A DNA stretch of 64,000 bases from Octopus vulgaris. Its lineage: Eukaryota. The position numbers and the translations under genes are program-made. The stretch covers positions 52,452,001 through 52,516,000 of the forward strand of contig OX597821.1 of the NCBI GenBank assembly GCA_951406725.2. The letters are read 5' to 3'. The stretch's first letter is position 1. Every line of letters begins with the position of its first letter. Below are positions 29,621 through 44,585 of the stretch, piece after piece. The notes below the pieces were generated by a model. That model saw nothing but the letters and a program-made list of their open reading frames with translations. It was not told the origin of the DNA and did not search any database.

Positions 29621-29651
29621 TGTGATTTCCATTTTGTTTCCCATCCATCCC

Positions 29652-29746
<95 letters not shown>

Positions 29747-31314
29747 GTCTGTCTGTCCTGTCTCTCTCTGCCTGTCTGGCGGTTTATCTATCGGTTTCTC
29801 TAACTGTTTATCTATGTGTATATGTGCATCCGTGTGTGTTTGTATGCGAATTTGGCCGGTATGTATGAGTGCATTATCGTGAGGGTGTATTTGATTTAGT
29901 GCATACAAAATTCATTTCCCTCATAGATATGGTGCATCTCTTTCACAGAATCCCTATCAAACGTTCGATATATTCAATTATTGCATTGTCGCTTCATTCT
30001 ATAAATCATCAATCTTTATACACAGAAGAAATATATTATTCCTTGTAATAAACCTCCTGATATTTAGTTTCTATACTTTCTATTACAATTGTCGGCATAT
30101 TTCGATTGATGCAATTCTTCAGATATTTGATCCAGGCGTTGACGTCACACAGGTCTGACACTCTTTCTCACGCACCGCTTCTCTTAATCTCTTGATTCAT
30201 CCCTCTTTTCTATATACCTATATCTTCTTCTTTTCTCCACTTGTTTAATTTATCTTATACATCCTAAGGGAAATATGAGAACGAAGTCTGTAGGATTAGC
30301 AACACAATATTTGTAACTCGAATAGCAGCAATATAGTTTTGGCATTAAAATCCTTACACGTAGTTGTCTGCATTTGAAAGCGGGTAGAACAGATTAGCTT
30401 AACGAGACAAGTGCCTATAAAATACTCTACATTTGGATGTAAAAGCTTGAATTCTTGGGAATATTGCAGCTATCTTCGTCGGTAAAAATGGCGAACTATT
30501 GAATGCCATTTCCTCGGGGACAATTAACCTGCAATCGACTAACACACAGTGTAGACGTTAGGCATTTCCTATTCAAACAAGTTTAGATAAACAGGAGGCA
30601 GACAAAGGGTTATATTTATAAATGTTTTTACTGTAATGATTAACAACTCTCATTTTCTGTACTAAATCAAAATTGCCTATTTTTCTCATGAGAAATATGT
30701 CCAATTATTTGTTGTTCCCATGTTCAGGTAGTTTTCTTTATTTTGTTGTCATTTTGGTATAGCTTCAGAAAATGAATAGAGAAATAGAAAGAAAATTTCT
30801 GTGTGGTATATATTCACAGAAGCGCGCCACTGTTAATATTAATGAGCTCATATAAATGGTTTCATACATATATTCTATGCCAAACCTTTACTTCTAAAGT
30901 ATTTCAATCTTACTGCACGAAGTGATCTGCATAAAGAAATGGTTTTGAGCAAAGGTATTCAACTCTTTACTGATTGATTTAACCTAAAATATCAATTTCG
31001 TTATCTTCTTGAACTTAAAGTCCATATGGCTATTTAAAATATCCATTTTATCCACTGAGACTAGAAGAAAACATTCAGATATATTACAGAAAAGAGTCAC
31101 ATATCCCATTATTTCAAATCTGATGAATATATGAAGTAATACTCCATTGAATGATTTACTATATAAAACTATGTATCTAAACATATCCACTTGGTGGCTT
31201 ATCTATTCATTACCACACACACAAGCACACAGACATCACGTACCTAACTATGTATGTATGTATGTATGTATGTATGTATCTATCTCTGTCTGGCTGTCTG
31301 TCTGTCTGTCTGCC

Positions 31315-31420
<106 letters not shown>

Positions 31421-32208
31421 ACAGCATATGTCTTTCCCGTCTCGTCTCATAAATCCACGTTCAAGGCTTTGGTCGGCCCTAAGTCACAGGAAAGGAAATT
31501 TGTACAATGCGTCACGTAGTGAACTGAACTCGGAACTATGTGGTTGGCAAGCAAATTTCTTACTACACAGGTAAAAAGTTTGCTTGCTACTGCGCCTAAA
31601 TTTATGGAGGAAAAGTATTCGTCATCGTTAAAACCTTTGTTATGTGTCCCAAACAGATTTCATGCTCAATATCTCTGCCGACTAGAAAATGTTTCAATCT
31701 GATAAAAAATAAATAAATAAATAAATGAAATTAAATAAGTCAATCTCGAAACTGAAATATGAACTTGTAATTCTTGGGATGAGGCATGAACATTATTCTC
31801 AGCTTAGAATAGTAAAATCTACAAATGTAAACTAATAAAACATCTTTGTATCCGTAATGAAGAAATTCCATAAACTCGGAGAGGAACTTTTGCTATATTG
31901 TTTAAAATTATACACCGCGTTAGATGTAAGTAGGAGTTGTATATGAAATGAGTACCATAAACATTGTCTACCAGTCGGTTCGTAATATTCGGTTGCATGC
32001 CTTCATATCCTAATAACTAATTTTAGAATGGGAAAAGACAAGATTGGAAATACAGTAGTGATATGGTTTTAAGTAAATGTCGTAGAAATAACAATGAGCA
32101 AGGATTAAAGTAAATTAAAAGGGCAGAGCAACTTATTTATTTGAGGATAGAAGATTATACCGATACTAATACGGCTAATACTGCTATATAATTTTATGGA
32201 TGATTATG

Positions 32209-32255
<47 letters not shown>

Positions 32256-32273
32256 CCATATATATATATATAT

Positions 32274-32384
<111 letters not shown>

Positions 32385-33530
32385 GAGTGTATATATACAT
32401 ATATATATATATAAATATGTGAATATATAATGTTTGAATGAGGTATCTATGTCTAATTTCGCCTGATAATATCATTGTATCTTATTGAAAAGAGTCGTAA
32501 GTTAAACCGATTGTCCCAAGAATTTCTGAGCATTCAATCCGATTTTATACCGGGATAACTCCCTGCTATTTCTATCTTCTTCGTACATTTTAGCTATAGA
32601 GTTCAGAATTACAGCTTAGGAATTATAGTTGGCATTAAATTACTAGGACGGATTATTTATCAGCAGAAACTACTATTAATAGGAATAAAAGTATCTGTTT
32701 AAAAATGTTAAGAAGACATTAAATACAAAATATAATATTCTGCAAGTGAAATACGCAAGAATTGAGGAATGCGTAAATGATTAGAATACAGACATTTTAG
32801 TACAAGATGTATAAGGCCTGCAGTCCGTCTTATATATCTTAGGCTTGTGATTAAACCTATTCATAAGTGACTAGTTCGGAATTACCTTATCTATTAAACT
32901 AACTCCCTTTAAAAGACAATGGTTACTTATGAATAAAATGTTCATATTGCGTATATATGTTTATCAATTATGCAGCTTTAAGAGTATAAAGGGAAATATA
33001 ATTATGATGTTTAGATAAATATTTTTGGATATATAGTTTATGTAATTTGAATGGAGGTGTCAGATATAAAACATATATCTAGTGTAAGCAAATATATGAT
33101 CAAAAGAGGTCCATTGTTGATCATCAGTGAAAAAGAACTAGTGTTCATGCATATTTTAGGGGGTCATTTCAGAGAGTAGCTCTAGTTGATTTATATATCC
33201 TTCGTTTGTAAAGTTAATTGAATGTCATGTGATTGACATTTGGCTGTTTTTACTAAAGATTGAGCAATCACTTAGAGGTTTCCAATGTCGTGAATAATAA
33301 TTGTAAATAAGTACCAGTGTGTCTGCTTCTATACATACTTATAGCCACCACTTATAAAATATATATTTATGCAAATGTCCATGGAGAAATACAGAGGCGG
33401 AGAATTTATAAGGAAAGGCTACAACTGCATGAAGAAACAATTTTTCTTCAATCGATGACAAATTAAGCAAGAGCCAGTGTATGTGATTTATTAGCAAAAT
33501 AACCATTTTCCTCTCTCCCCTGCTCTGTCC

Positions 33531-33577
<47 letters not shown>

Positions 33578-33880
33578 TACACATACACGTGCCACTCTTC
33601 ATTGCCACCATATAATAAATGAAGCACTCCAATATCTAAATTCATGAATAGCATTATACAAAACATCCAGGCTTATGTAGATAAATATCGGCTTCAGACA
33701 AGAAGGATATATTTTCTTTTATTTCAGTCTCCATCACCATTTTCTAACTAGCAGACCAGTTAAAATTACATTCTCAGTCATTCCCATAAAAGTAATTTAC
33801 CAATGACAGCCTGTGTGTCTCTCTCTGTTTATCTCACTTTGAAGTGACAATGGACACAACTGTCCACAGTAAAAACACTC

Positions 33881-34463
<583 letters not shown>

Positions 34464-35189
34464 ATTGACTGCAACTTCATTTCGATTAACCTTGATGGTT
34501 ATTATAAACATGAGCAGTACAGGTATGCCAACAATAACTGCCTCTCGCAACAAGTGTTCAGAGTTTATCACCTACGCCTTCATTCCATCATGGAGTTTGT
34601 TGTTCAGTCTTTGGCCGGTCATGCCTACGGCAAGCTATAATAAGCAATATATATTAGAAATGATAAAGACAAAGTGATATATGTGCCTGAAGTAAGGAAA
34701 GACATTCTCCTCTGCCAATTCCCCTCTTTAAACAACATATGCGTTTGACGAAAGAAAAGAACTTACACACATTGAAAATAAATCATCCTAGGAAGATGTT
34801 TTAATAAAGACATTTAATAAAGACATTGATCTCACTGACAGGATTTGTTTCTTCGTCAAGATCCACCCTCTTTACGAAATAGATTTGGTAAAGTCGTCGA
34901 TTTAGTCACTGAAGGTGTAAACACTGACGAGTTATAGTGTGTTGTTTCCTGCCATGAACAGCATTAAAATTGACCTGATAAATACTTCTCTAAAAGGATT
35001 AAAAGACGATTCACGAGCCATAAGTATATAGTTGACGGTCCTCCGGATTCTCTGGCGTATAAAACCGCACCGGAGCAAAGCGCTCGAGAATACAACGCAA
35101 CGCTCGGTCAGGAATCGAATTTATAAAGTTATAATCATGATAGCAATACTCCACAATGTGCGTGTTGTATATATATATATATATATAAG

Positions 35190-35555
35190 ACTTGTCAAAG
35201 GGTGGAAGATCTCATTAGCAGTCAACGATCATCAAACAACATGTGAACACATGTATGTATGGTTGTATGTATGTACGGTGACGTGGAAATATCTGAGTTG
35301 GTGTCCAGCCGCATGGTTGGCCCCTTTGAGAGGAAACCTGCGACACTGACAATATTCGATGATGTAGACTAGTTCTTCTTTTCGAGTTTATGTTGTCCAG
35401 TCCATGTTTAGAGAGTGGGATTGGATTTGTGCAAATCCTTTCCCATCTTATACAAAAATCATCATTCACAAGCACTGCTTAAAAAAGTAAAACCTATCAC
35501 AAAATTAAATGGTCGTAGCCTTCGCATGTGTGGGACTTACGATCAGGCGATGTAG
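35190..35555. mobile_element. Second copy of the 10075-10547 interspersed repeat, opposite orientation
   Basis: Reverse-complement similarity to ~10140-10380. Confidence 0.6.
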
Positions 35556-37082
35556 CATTCATACATACATACATACATACATACATACATACATACATAC
35601 ATACATACATACATACATACATAAATGTATGTATGTATGTATATACGGATCACTCAATATTTATATTTCCTATTATGTATCAAGATGATCACTTATGAAA
35701 ATTCTCTTAAAATGTTGGCATTTTATTATAGTTCCTACTATAGAATTGGCTGAACAAAAGCTAAATTTATATTCAATCTAAAATTATAGACAATAGTTTT
35801 GACTTACATCAAATAAGCTAATCTTTTACATCAGAAAGTGGTTGACAGTCATCATCCTATTACTGTTATTATATGACAGATTTGTGAAATCATAAAATAA
35901 TGTATAAATGAACGCTTAGAATTAAAATATAATAGCAAATACAATAAAATTGAAAATTGTATATATTCATAAATTTTCTGTCTGAAGTGTTTATCATGTT
36001 GTCTCTTTAACATATCGCATACAGACACAAAATCATGATTGATAGATAGAACGACGTACGCAAAATTAAACACATACATGCATAAATAATTGTGAAAATA
36101 TCGGAAGTTTGATGAAGGGACTGGATAAGATAAAGTATATCCCACAGGAAAGTATTCCAATGTTGAATTGTTATGCTCCGAAGATAAATAGAACCCTAAC
36201 TGTCGCAGGCGTATAATAATTAGAAATGTTAAATTGAAATATTTACAGCAGAATCTTATTGAATCAGTTGCATCGTTTTTCATAATTTGCAGTAAAAATC
36301 ATGTGTTGAACTGTATCATATCTTAAACTGTTTTGGCAGTTTCGATTCTTTTCTGAAGACATGCGGATGGTGTTTTTGTTCGGCATTTACAATAAACTAT
36401 CTTAAGGTATTAATGACTTTTTCAGAGAAAGAGAACTAGCTTTCATGAATATTTTAAGGGGCTGGAATTTGTTGTACGGAGGAAGGGATCTGTCCTCAAA
36501 CTAGAAATTGGTCCGACTGCTTGCAGCAGAATGCATTTTGGTAAAGGCATCTATCGGTTAACATTTGCGACGTCAAAGCAAATATAACGTTGAATAATAG
36601 GCGCAGTTCGTTCCTCTCTGATGACTTCCACTCAGAGTAGTTAACACACTTTCAGTTTGAAAGCTTTGAATGACTTGTTTTGGTGAGATAAACCATCTGA
36701 GCGGGCGGCATCGTGGATCCAAACCAGAACCATAAGGAAAGCACTTCCTAAATTTATGGCAACGCTTAGACATCTTTCAATGCATTACAAATGGATACAT
36801 TTTTAGTCTTCAATTGAATAAAATTATTTAAATTTGCTATCCGTACGTTTTGACATATCGCACTTTGGATTAGAAAGCAGTGGCTTCTGTACAGGTAATA
36901 ATCTCATTTCCAAGTATTCACAGTGTTCTCGGCATTTATGTAATTTATCTGCATTTGGTGCAGGTATAATCATAAAAACATTCACTTATAATTCTTATTT
37001 GGAAATTTATTGATAGTAATAAAATGGGTTTCGTTTTATCAGTAAGACCTCCACTTTGAAAGTTTATCTTGATTGCTCTCTA

Positions 37083-37145
37083 TAATAGAACTGCGAGTTT
37101 CGGATGGCGGAGAGGAAATCTGCTCCGGCATCTCGTCAGTTATTA
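37083..37145 (-). ncRNA. Degenerate type I hammerhead
   Basis: UAAUAA [CUGACGA] GAUG..GGAG..CUCC..CAUC C [GAAA] CUCGCAG [UU] CUAUUA; first stem I pair is mismatched. Confidence 0.5.
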
Positions 37146-37355
37146 AGACAAACAAACATGCTATGAAAATGACTGTTAAACAAAGGGAAATTACTATGTA
37201 AATGACCGTTATTAAGACAAACAAAAGAGGTATCAGATTGACCGTTAAATAAAGGGGAAAAACCCGAAGGGGAATTTTAAATCCAGGTTCAACAATCACA
37301 CCTTGAGCTTCAGACACTGGAATAAAAGAAAAACAATCAAAGTATCCATTCATAT

Positions 37356-37600
37356 ATGGTCCATAAAAGAAAAAAAGGTGTCAGTTGCAACATCCATTGG
37401 AAGATGTTAGCCAAGTGTAAGCCTTACACCAACGGCAGTGGAAAGTGCGGTCTTTGTAATATAGAAAGATGGCTCATCTGGAAAAGCAGCTTAAACCCCG
37501 CTACATGTCTAAATTCAAGAACTGAACTTTTTGGATCATGTCCACATATACTAAATATTTGTTACGTTTTTGGCCCCCCACCTCCCCAAGATCACAGATA
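37356..37600 (+). mobile_element. PLE GIY-YIG C-terminal fragment
   Basis: IHWKMLAKCKPYTNGSGKCGLCNIERWLI...LNSRTELFGSCPH, parallel to VTWSILDRAAPY..CRLCLLEK..LNQRSEL..CRH in the 13313 element. Confidence 0.8.
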
Positions 37601-38322
37601 GAATCTGCTTTTTATATTGTGTCCAGGTACAAGCATTTTATCTCTCTCTATTTATATATATATATTTTTTTAATATATTTTTATATATATTTTTATTGCT
37701 TTATATATATTTTAACGTATTTTTCTGTATATTACCTCTCACCCTGCATTTTATGTTCATGTGCCTATGGGTATATACGTGTGTGTGTTTGCGTGTGGGC
37801 AGGCATGTATATGTGTACATGGGTATGGCTGCATATATTAGGTATACATATACGTGTGTATGTGTGGGTGTGCATGCATGTGTTTCACGCGAGTGTGAGC
37901 ATATGCTTATATAGCATATGCTTATTTTAGACGTGTATATGAATATAAATGTGCCCGTAGGATTGTGTACGTGTGCGTGTGTGCCTGTGTACGGATATGT
38001 ACATGAGTACATGTGTATGGTTGCATATATATGTGCACATATAGGCGTGTCTGTGGGTGTGCATGGATGTGTTTAACGCGAGTATGAGCGAGAATATGCA
38101 TATAGGCACATGGACATGGGTGTGCGTGCGCGCATGTGTATGTATATACATGCGTGCATACGCGAATTCTATGAGTGTTTTTTACTTTCTCCCCTTCGTG
38201 TTTTTTCCTTTCGTTTAACAGTCATTTTCATAGCATTTTTGTTTGTCTTATATTACAGATAAAATCCTCTATTTACATAATATAGAGGTCTCATTGATTC
38301 TTTTATTGTCCTACTATAACTA

Positions 38323-38360
<38 letters not shown>

Positions 38361-38499
38361 TGTATATATGTATATGCATGTATGCGTAAGTAATATATAC
38401 ATACAACTGTACACACATGCACGCATATACATTTAGATACATACGCACACACACACACCAATATATATATATATATGAGAGATACATATATATGATAGA

Positions 38500-38587
<88 letters not shown>

Positions 38588-39164
38588 CAGTGTAATTATA
38601 TACCCTAGAATAAGCAGTTTATTTATAACATTAGTTTTTCTCACCTTCCAATAAAATCGGGAAACGAAGTGAGCCATTCGTCACAAATACATGGATGAAA
38701 TCTTAAACGATGGAGAGAAAATGAGTTTAAGCTAAGCACAAATAAACGTAGCTACCTATATGAACGAGGTTGCTCATATACACTAGAAGTTCAGTTTTGT
38801 AAAACTGTATGTACAACACCTGCTCGAAATTTCTAAACATGTTTACACCTATGAAATATACGTCTTAAATTTGAAGTGCTAGAAATTGAAGTTGTATTCC
38901 CAAATAATTACTCACTATCACCTCGAGTGAGGATAAATATGTTATTGTAATCTGAGACAGAGATTATGCTTAAAATTGACGGCATAGGAAGCAGCCACAA
39001 AAAAACGGAGTACAATTTTAATTTAGAGATATTACTATGTGAGTAGGACGTAAAGTGGTTCAGTTGAGCAAAAGCCTGTCAGTGTAGGATCAGCTCATCT
39101 ATCTGTCTTGTGCATTGTGGATAAGAAAGTGAAAAATATTTGTAAATTCTTTTCTGCTTATTTT

Positions 39165-39255
39165 ACTTGTTTCAGTCATTTGACTGTAGCTGTAGTAGGG
39201 CACCGTCTTAAAGGGTTTTAGTCGAAGAAAGTGATCCCGGCAATTATTCTTTTAA
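39165..39255 (-). mobile_element. SINE family A, 3' tail fragment
   Basis: gtttcagtcatttgactg...gcaccgtc...agtcgaagaa, matching the tail of the 26325 copy. Confidence 0.65.
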
Positions 39256-41695
39256 GCTTAGACATACGCATACACACAAGTATGTGTGTGTGAGTATTGC
39301 TGTGTCTGTATGTGTGTATGCGTGTGCATGTGTGTGTATACATATGCATAACTATCTATATATTGATAGATAGATAAATAGAGAATGAGAAGAAAAGACA
39401 GAGAAGCAAGGAGAGAGATGTATTGAAAGAATAGGAGGGAAAGAAAAGAAGAAAAAAACAAAATAACTTCGAAGAAAGATTCCAAACAATATCTTTCGGT
39501 AATACGCATGGATACTGAAGGATCTTGGTGTGATCAAATCTAGCTGTTACGTTTCACACACATATACACATACGTAATATACACATTGTGTACAGCTGTT
39601 ACATTATCGTGCTTCGATCATATTGTTTGATCCGATTTTAATTGATCAGCAATATATTATGTGTAAGCAGTGCGTATCTTCTAAAATCCTTACATACAAA
39701 TATAATAAACAGATCTCCAAAGGGCAATTATCCTTCTTCTTCACTGATAACCCGTTTCTGAAATTAGTTTCTGTTTATACAAAACACCGGTCGATGTATC
39801 TATTTCAGTGAAATCGGTTGAATTCCTGCCTTGTCATATCAATCCCATGGATCTATCTACTTATGTATATTAGCTGCTGGCAGGCAGAACGTATTATATA
39901 ATGCAATGTTGCATACATTTAAAATGACAGATTGGCTCACAGATAGTATATGTTGATAATAATCTGATTACGAATCACCTTAGGTTAAATGGCGAAAAGG
40001 ACACGATTTGGGGTGAAGTAAAATATTTATCAGCTTTTTAAGTAGTTGTATTGATATTAATGTCTCTAAAATGAGTTCCTTTTTGTTCAGTTCCTGGGTT
40101 AACTCATTAGATTCTAGCCATGTTGTGACACAACATTCAGGAAGTTTAATTGGTTAAATGATGACCAGTATTTCTTCAGACAATACATCTATTCATTAGT
40201 AACACCACATGACACCTATGTACGATTGGGGCAATCTTCTCTGTTACATAACTTCTCAACTGTCAGTTCCACAGACAATGCAATAAATTCATGGATGTCA
40301 TTCTTACTCCTATCATAGACGTTACTAGGCATGAATTTCTGAATTTAAAGCAAAAGTAAGAAACTCATCAAGTTATAAATGTAAAATATAGATTTTAAAA
40401 CAGTACCGAGAGCAAAATTCGCTCGGAGAGGAATCATATTTTATCACATCCATGCTACAATCCACGACTAAATATATCTATAACTGTATTATAGACTGAT
40501 GTCTATAGACATTCGTCTTTATTATAATTTATCTCCAAGGACTGAAGCGAGTCCGCCAAGCTAGTTTCAATCATGTGTTGGGATTGCTTCAATGATTTAG
40601 TATTTCATAAGTTGTTAACAAAGCCATTTGTAGTATTTTTGGAAGGCTGTTACAATAAATTATATTTTTTATTGCAATGCGTCACCACAACTTGATTCAA
40701 CGACAACAGTGTTTATTTTCTCGACAGGTAGAGTAAACTTCGGTAAATGGAATTAAGTAAGAAGGAAAGATATTTTGCTTTTTGCATTCTTTATTCTATA
40801 AAGCCAACAAGACCGAAGCTGTTCAAAATGATATATGAATATTTACAATAATAATTATACATTTCATACATACACTCATGCATGCATACATACATGCATA
40901 CATAAATACATATATACTTACATACATACATACATACATACTTACTTACATACATACATACATACATACTTACATACATACATACTTACATACATAGAGT
41001 AATAGTTATTTTGTAAACGGAATTGATTCTTAATAAAATTGAATGCAAAACACACATACATACACACAGAATTCACATACAATTATAATAATGCATACAC
41101 ATAATTTTTGCTATATATAATTATACATCCCACGATCCATTCTTTTTCTCAACATTCCCATCTCTCTCTCACTACCTCAGCAATGTATATCATAGCACAG
41201 CTTATATTCACAACAGAGCAACATACACAGCTAACTTCAGCAAATTCTACAATTTGGTGTTATTTAAAAAATATACAATTGTATTTATACCGCAACATTA
41301 TGCAAGTAACTTCTCTATATTCCATGTTTCAATATATTATATAGCGCACATAAATATTCACACAACACCGTTTCTATACAATTAAATTCAAGAAGCTACA
41401 TTGACAGTGTAGAAGCAATTACATTTCAAATACGATGCGTTTCCCTTCCCCATAAAATAGAAGCAACAGACAAATACTTTAAATAAACCTCATAGCACAA
41501 AATATAATCCAAAATTGGTAGGACAGATTTGATATCGTTGTCTCAGATGCAGAATATCCGAGAAAGATAAAGTTGTAATAATTGGAATGTTTTCATTAAA
41601 TAACTAATACATACTTAAATACACGCATGTATATGTATATACATAAATACATAATCACACATATGTATATATACAAACATATGTATACACACAAT

Positions 41696-41741
<46 letters not shown>

Positions 41742-41766
41742 GTGTGTGTATGTATATATATATATT

Positions 41767-41807
41767 ACTAGCATTATGACCCGGCAACGCCGGGTCATAG
41801 TGCTAGT
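41767..41807. other. 41-bp palindrome resembling two fused Helitron 3' termini
   Basis: ACTAGCATTATGACCCGGC-AAC-GCCGGGTCATAGTGCTAGT: 19-bp stem with one mismatch; GC hairpin followed by CTAG|T on both strands. Confidence 0.7.
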
Positions 41808-41939
41808 TTGGTATAAATTGGTTAAATTAAAAATTTGGGGTAATAAAACATACAATGACATATTAAAAAGAGGAATTAAAATTCCAGAGAAAAATACATA
41901 GAAGATAAATATACAAATTTACAAAAATAGGTAAATGTT

Positions 41940-42021
41940 CATCTACAGGTCGTTTCGGAGATGCGCCAATTAATATGAAACATATCATATATTTAAAATT
42001 GACACTCCCTTCGTCAGGATG
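41940..42021 (-). ncRNA. Type I hammerhead (canonical core, long stem II)
   Basis: CAUC [CUGACGA] AG GGAG UGUCAAUU..AAUUGGCG CAU CUCC [GAAA] CGACCUG [UA] GAUG. Confidence 0.62.
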
Positions 42022-42708
42022 TTTTTATACACAACACATAGTACACGGAAAAAAATGCACAATTACATACCGGCTACATGCGAAAGACCAGAATGCTACT
42101 TTATAAGCATATAATTCAATCTAGCAGCTATAGTAAATGGTATGCGCAGAGCTCCATCTGGACTAATTCACTTCTGCACTCAATTAAATTTTTTATCTTT
42201 TAATTTCTCCCATTCATGCAAAGCCACATATTCCAGTTCAAGTCCTTGATACATTTTGTACTAATTGTTATTTTTTCTTTTAATTGTTATATTACTATTT
42301 AATTACCATACTTTAGTTTTATTTTAATTACTACTTACTATATTTACTATATTTAATTCAATTGTTATTATTACCTCTAACTTTTATTGCTATTTTTATT
42401 TCTAAAGTTCTTATGGATCGTCGAGTGGATCTTATGCGTACAATATATTTTTATATGATGCTTATATATTTATATATTACTATATATTTCTAAACGTCGG
42501 GCTTTATATCTGTTCTGTAGATATATATGAATATATGTATGTGTTTGATCTTTCTGTGGATTTTGTAGTGCTCTTGTAGTTGCTGCTGGCATTGCCTCCT
42601 CTCGGATTAAAAAGTGTATACAGCTCATTTCAGCACTACTATTCCAGTCTGTTATATATTTTGAGCGTTGTTGTCACTAACGATCTCAAGATATAACTTT
42701 ATATTTTG

Positions 42709-42747
<39 letters not shown>

Positions 42748-42828
42748 TAAATATATATAGGTGGTGCTATTAAGTTAGACATGGCCTGGGCCAATAATGG
42801 CCGAAACCTATCAAAGTATCAAAGTATG

Positions 42829-42883
<55 letters not shown>

Positions 42884-42972
42884 TATATAGAAGGAGCTAT
42901 GTAATAAATTAATTTACTCTGCTATGTATTGAGTACCTTATTTACTGTGGTTAACCCCGACTCAACCTGGGA

Positions 42973-43057
<85 letters not shown>

Positions 43058-43059
43058 CC

Positions 43060-43312
43060 ATATACATACAATAGAGAGATGTTTTTGTTTCACTTTTAAC
43101 ACGTAATACTGAAATAGTGGAGAAGATATGATACTGCTGTGGGCTCGCCGTAGGCAAGAAGTTTGAACATTTCTTTTGCCCATGAAACGACATGGACCCT
43201 AATTAAGGCATGTGTAAAATTTGAATGAAATTGGTTGTGTAGTTCTCAAGTTTTAGGGAAACACACAGACTGACAGACAGACACACATTCTCAGTTTTAT
43301 ATATATTTGAGA
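43060..43312 (-). mobile_element. Non-autonomous Helitron-like 5' fragment
   Basis: Minus strand TC..ATATATATAAAACTGAGAATGTGTGTCTGTCTGTC...CAACCAATTTCATTCAAATTTTACAC, parallel to the 5' end of the 9740 Helitron (TCTATATATATAAAC..GTCTGTG...CAACCGATTCTGATGAAACTTGACAC). Confidence 0.6.
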
Positions 43313-43404
43313 TAATAATGGGTGAAAACATTAATAATTTTACCAGGTGTTCAGTGCAGAAATAAAAACCTCATAGTTAATTTTACAAAGTAATTTCATA
43401 ATTA

Positions 43405-43699
43405 TATACATAATTATAACAAGGGATTGGCTATACGCATCACCACGCACTGTAGAAATAGGCGTTAACTGCCCTATTACCACCTTAAATTCTCCGAGAA
43501 TAACATTATATTGAAGGAGAGCAAAAGAAAACTAATGAATCAACAGCTTTTCGGTTGATTCACTATTTTTCTTTTCTCGCCTACAATATAATATAGTGTG
43601 TTATTCTCGGAGAATTTTAGGTGGTAATAGGACATTTAACGTCTATTTCTACAGTGTGTGCTGAGGCATAAAACCAATCCATTGTTATAATTATGTATA
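43405..43699. repeat. About 295-bp imperfect fold-back
   Basis: tatacataattataacaa...attaccacc..aaattctccgagaataaca pairs with tgttattctcggagaattt..ggtggtaat...ttgttataattatgtata; centre at about 43546-43552. Confidence 0.85.
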
Positions 43700-43834
43700 T
43701 GGATATAAAATTATAATATATATATATATATATATAACGTATATAAATATAATGTATATAAATATACACAATAAATATATATATAATATAAATATACACA
43801 AATATATTTATATATACATACACAATATATACTC

Positions 43835-43876
<42 letters not shown>

Positions 43877-43954
43877 TTCAGATGAATATGTTACTTAAGT
43901 TGAAGCACAAGAATTTAATATGGTATTATCCATACAATTTCAAAATAAGGTGAT

Positions 43955-44029
43955 TAATATTAAAATAAGCAACAAGGATATCCAGAGGTAATGCAGCATT
44001 ATCTCTCGATATCCTTGTTGCCTATTTTG

Positions 44030-44035
<6 letters not shown>
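43955..44035. repeat. About 80-bp hairpin; same family as 57042-57125
   Basis: aaaataagcaacaaggatatc-cagag-gtaatgc-a-gcattat-ctct-cgatatccttgttgcctatttt. Confidence 0.8.
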
Positions 44036-44094
<59 letters not shown>

Positions 44095-44187
44095 TACTAA
44101 TAGAGGATAAAAGTTTTTCAGAAAAAATAAATTCATCAAAAGTGGCAGCATATTAAAATATCTTTAAACGTTAAAATTATAAACAAC

Positions 44188-44546
44188 TTATAAACAAGGA
44201 CAAAACAAAAATTATGTCTATCCAATATGCTGAGAACAGACTTTAAATCGTCAATTTTCACATTTCAGTATACATTCACTATAAATACACGTCGTGCTGA
44301 AATCAAGGAAAGCTAGCCAACAGAAGGTTTTAAAAAAGTTCGTTATTTCTATATTGAATCCATAGGATTAATCCCGAAATTGATTCAATTTAGAAATAAC
44401 GAACTTTTAAAAACAATTCTATTCGCTAGTTTCCCTCCTCGACGTGTATTTATAATGAATGTATAATGAAATGTTGAAATTGACGATTTAAAGTCTGTTC
44501 TCAGCATGTTGGCAAATAAATAAATTTTCTTTTGCCCTTTTTATAA
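44188..44546. repeat. About 360-bp imperfect fold-back; arm family also at ~17455-17605
   Basis: atgctgagaacagactttaaatcgtcaattt pairs with aaattgacgatttaaagtctgttctcagcat; aaaagttcgttatttcta pairs with tagaaataacgaactttt. Confidence 0.85.
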
Positions 44547-44585
44547 CTTATATATATATATACACAATATATCTATATACAATAT

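Noticed and set aside
33728-33791. Possible 64-nt host exon (tttcag|...ATAAAA|gtaatt)
   Set aside because: Splice-like signals and one open frame, but no recognisable protein or partner exons; needs RNA-seq.
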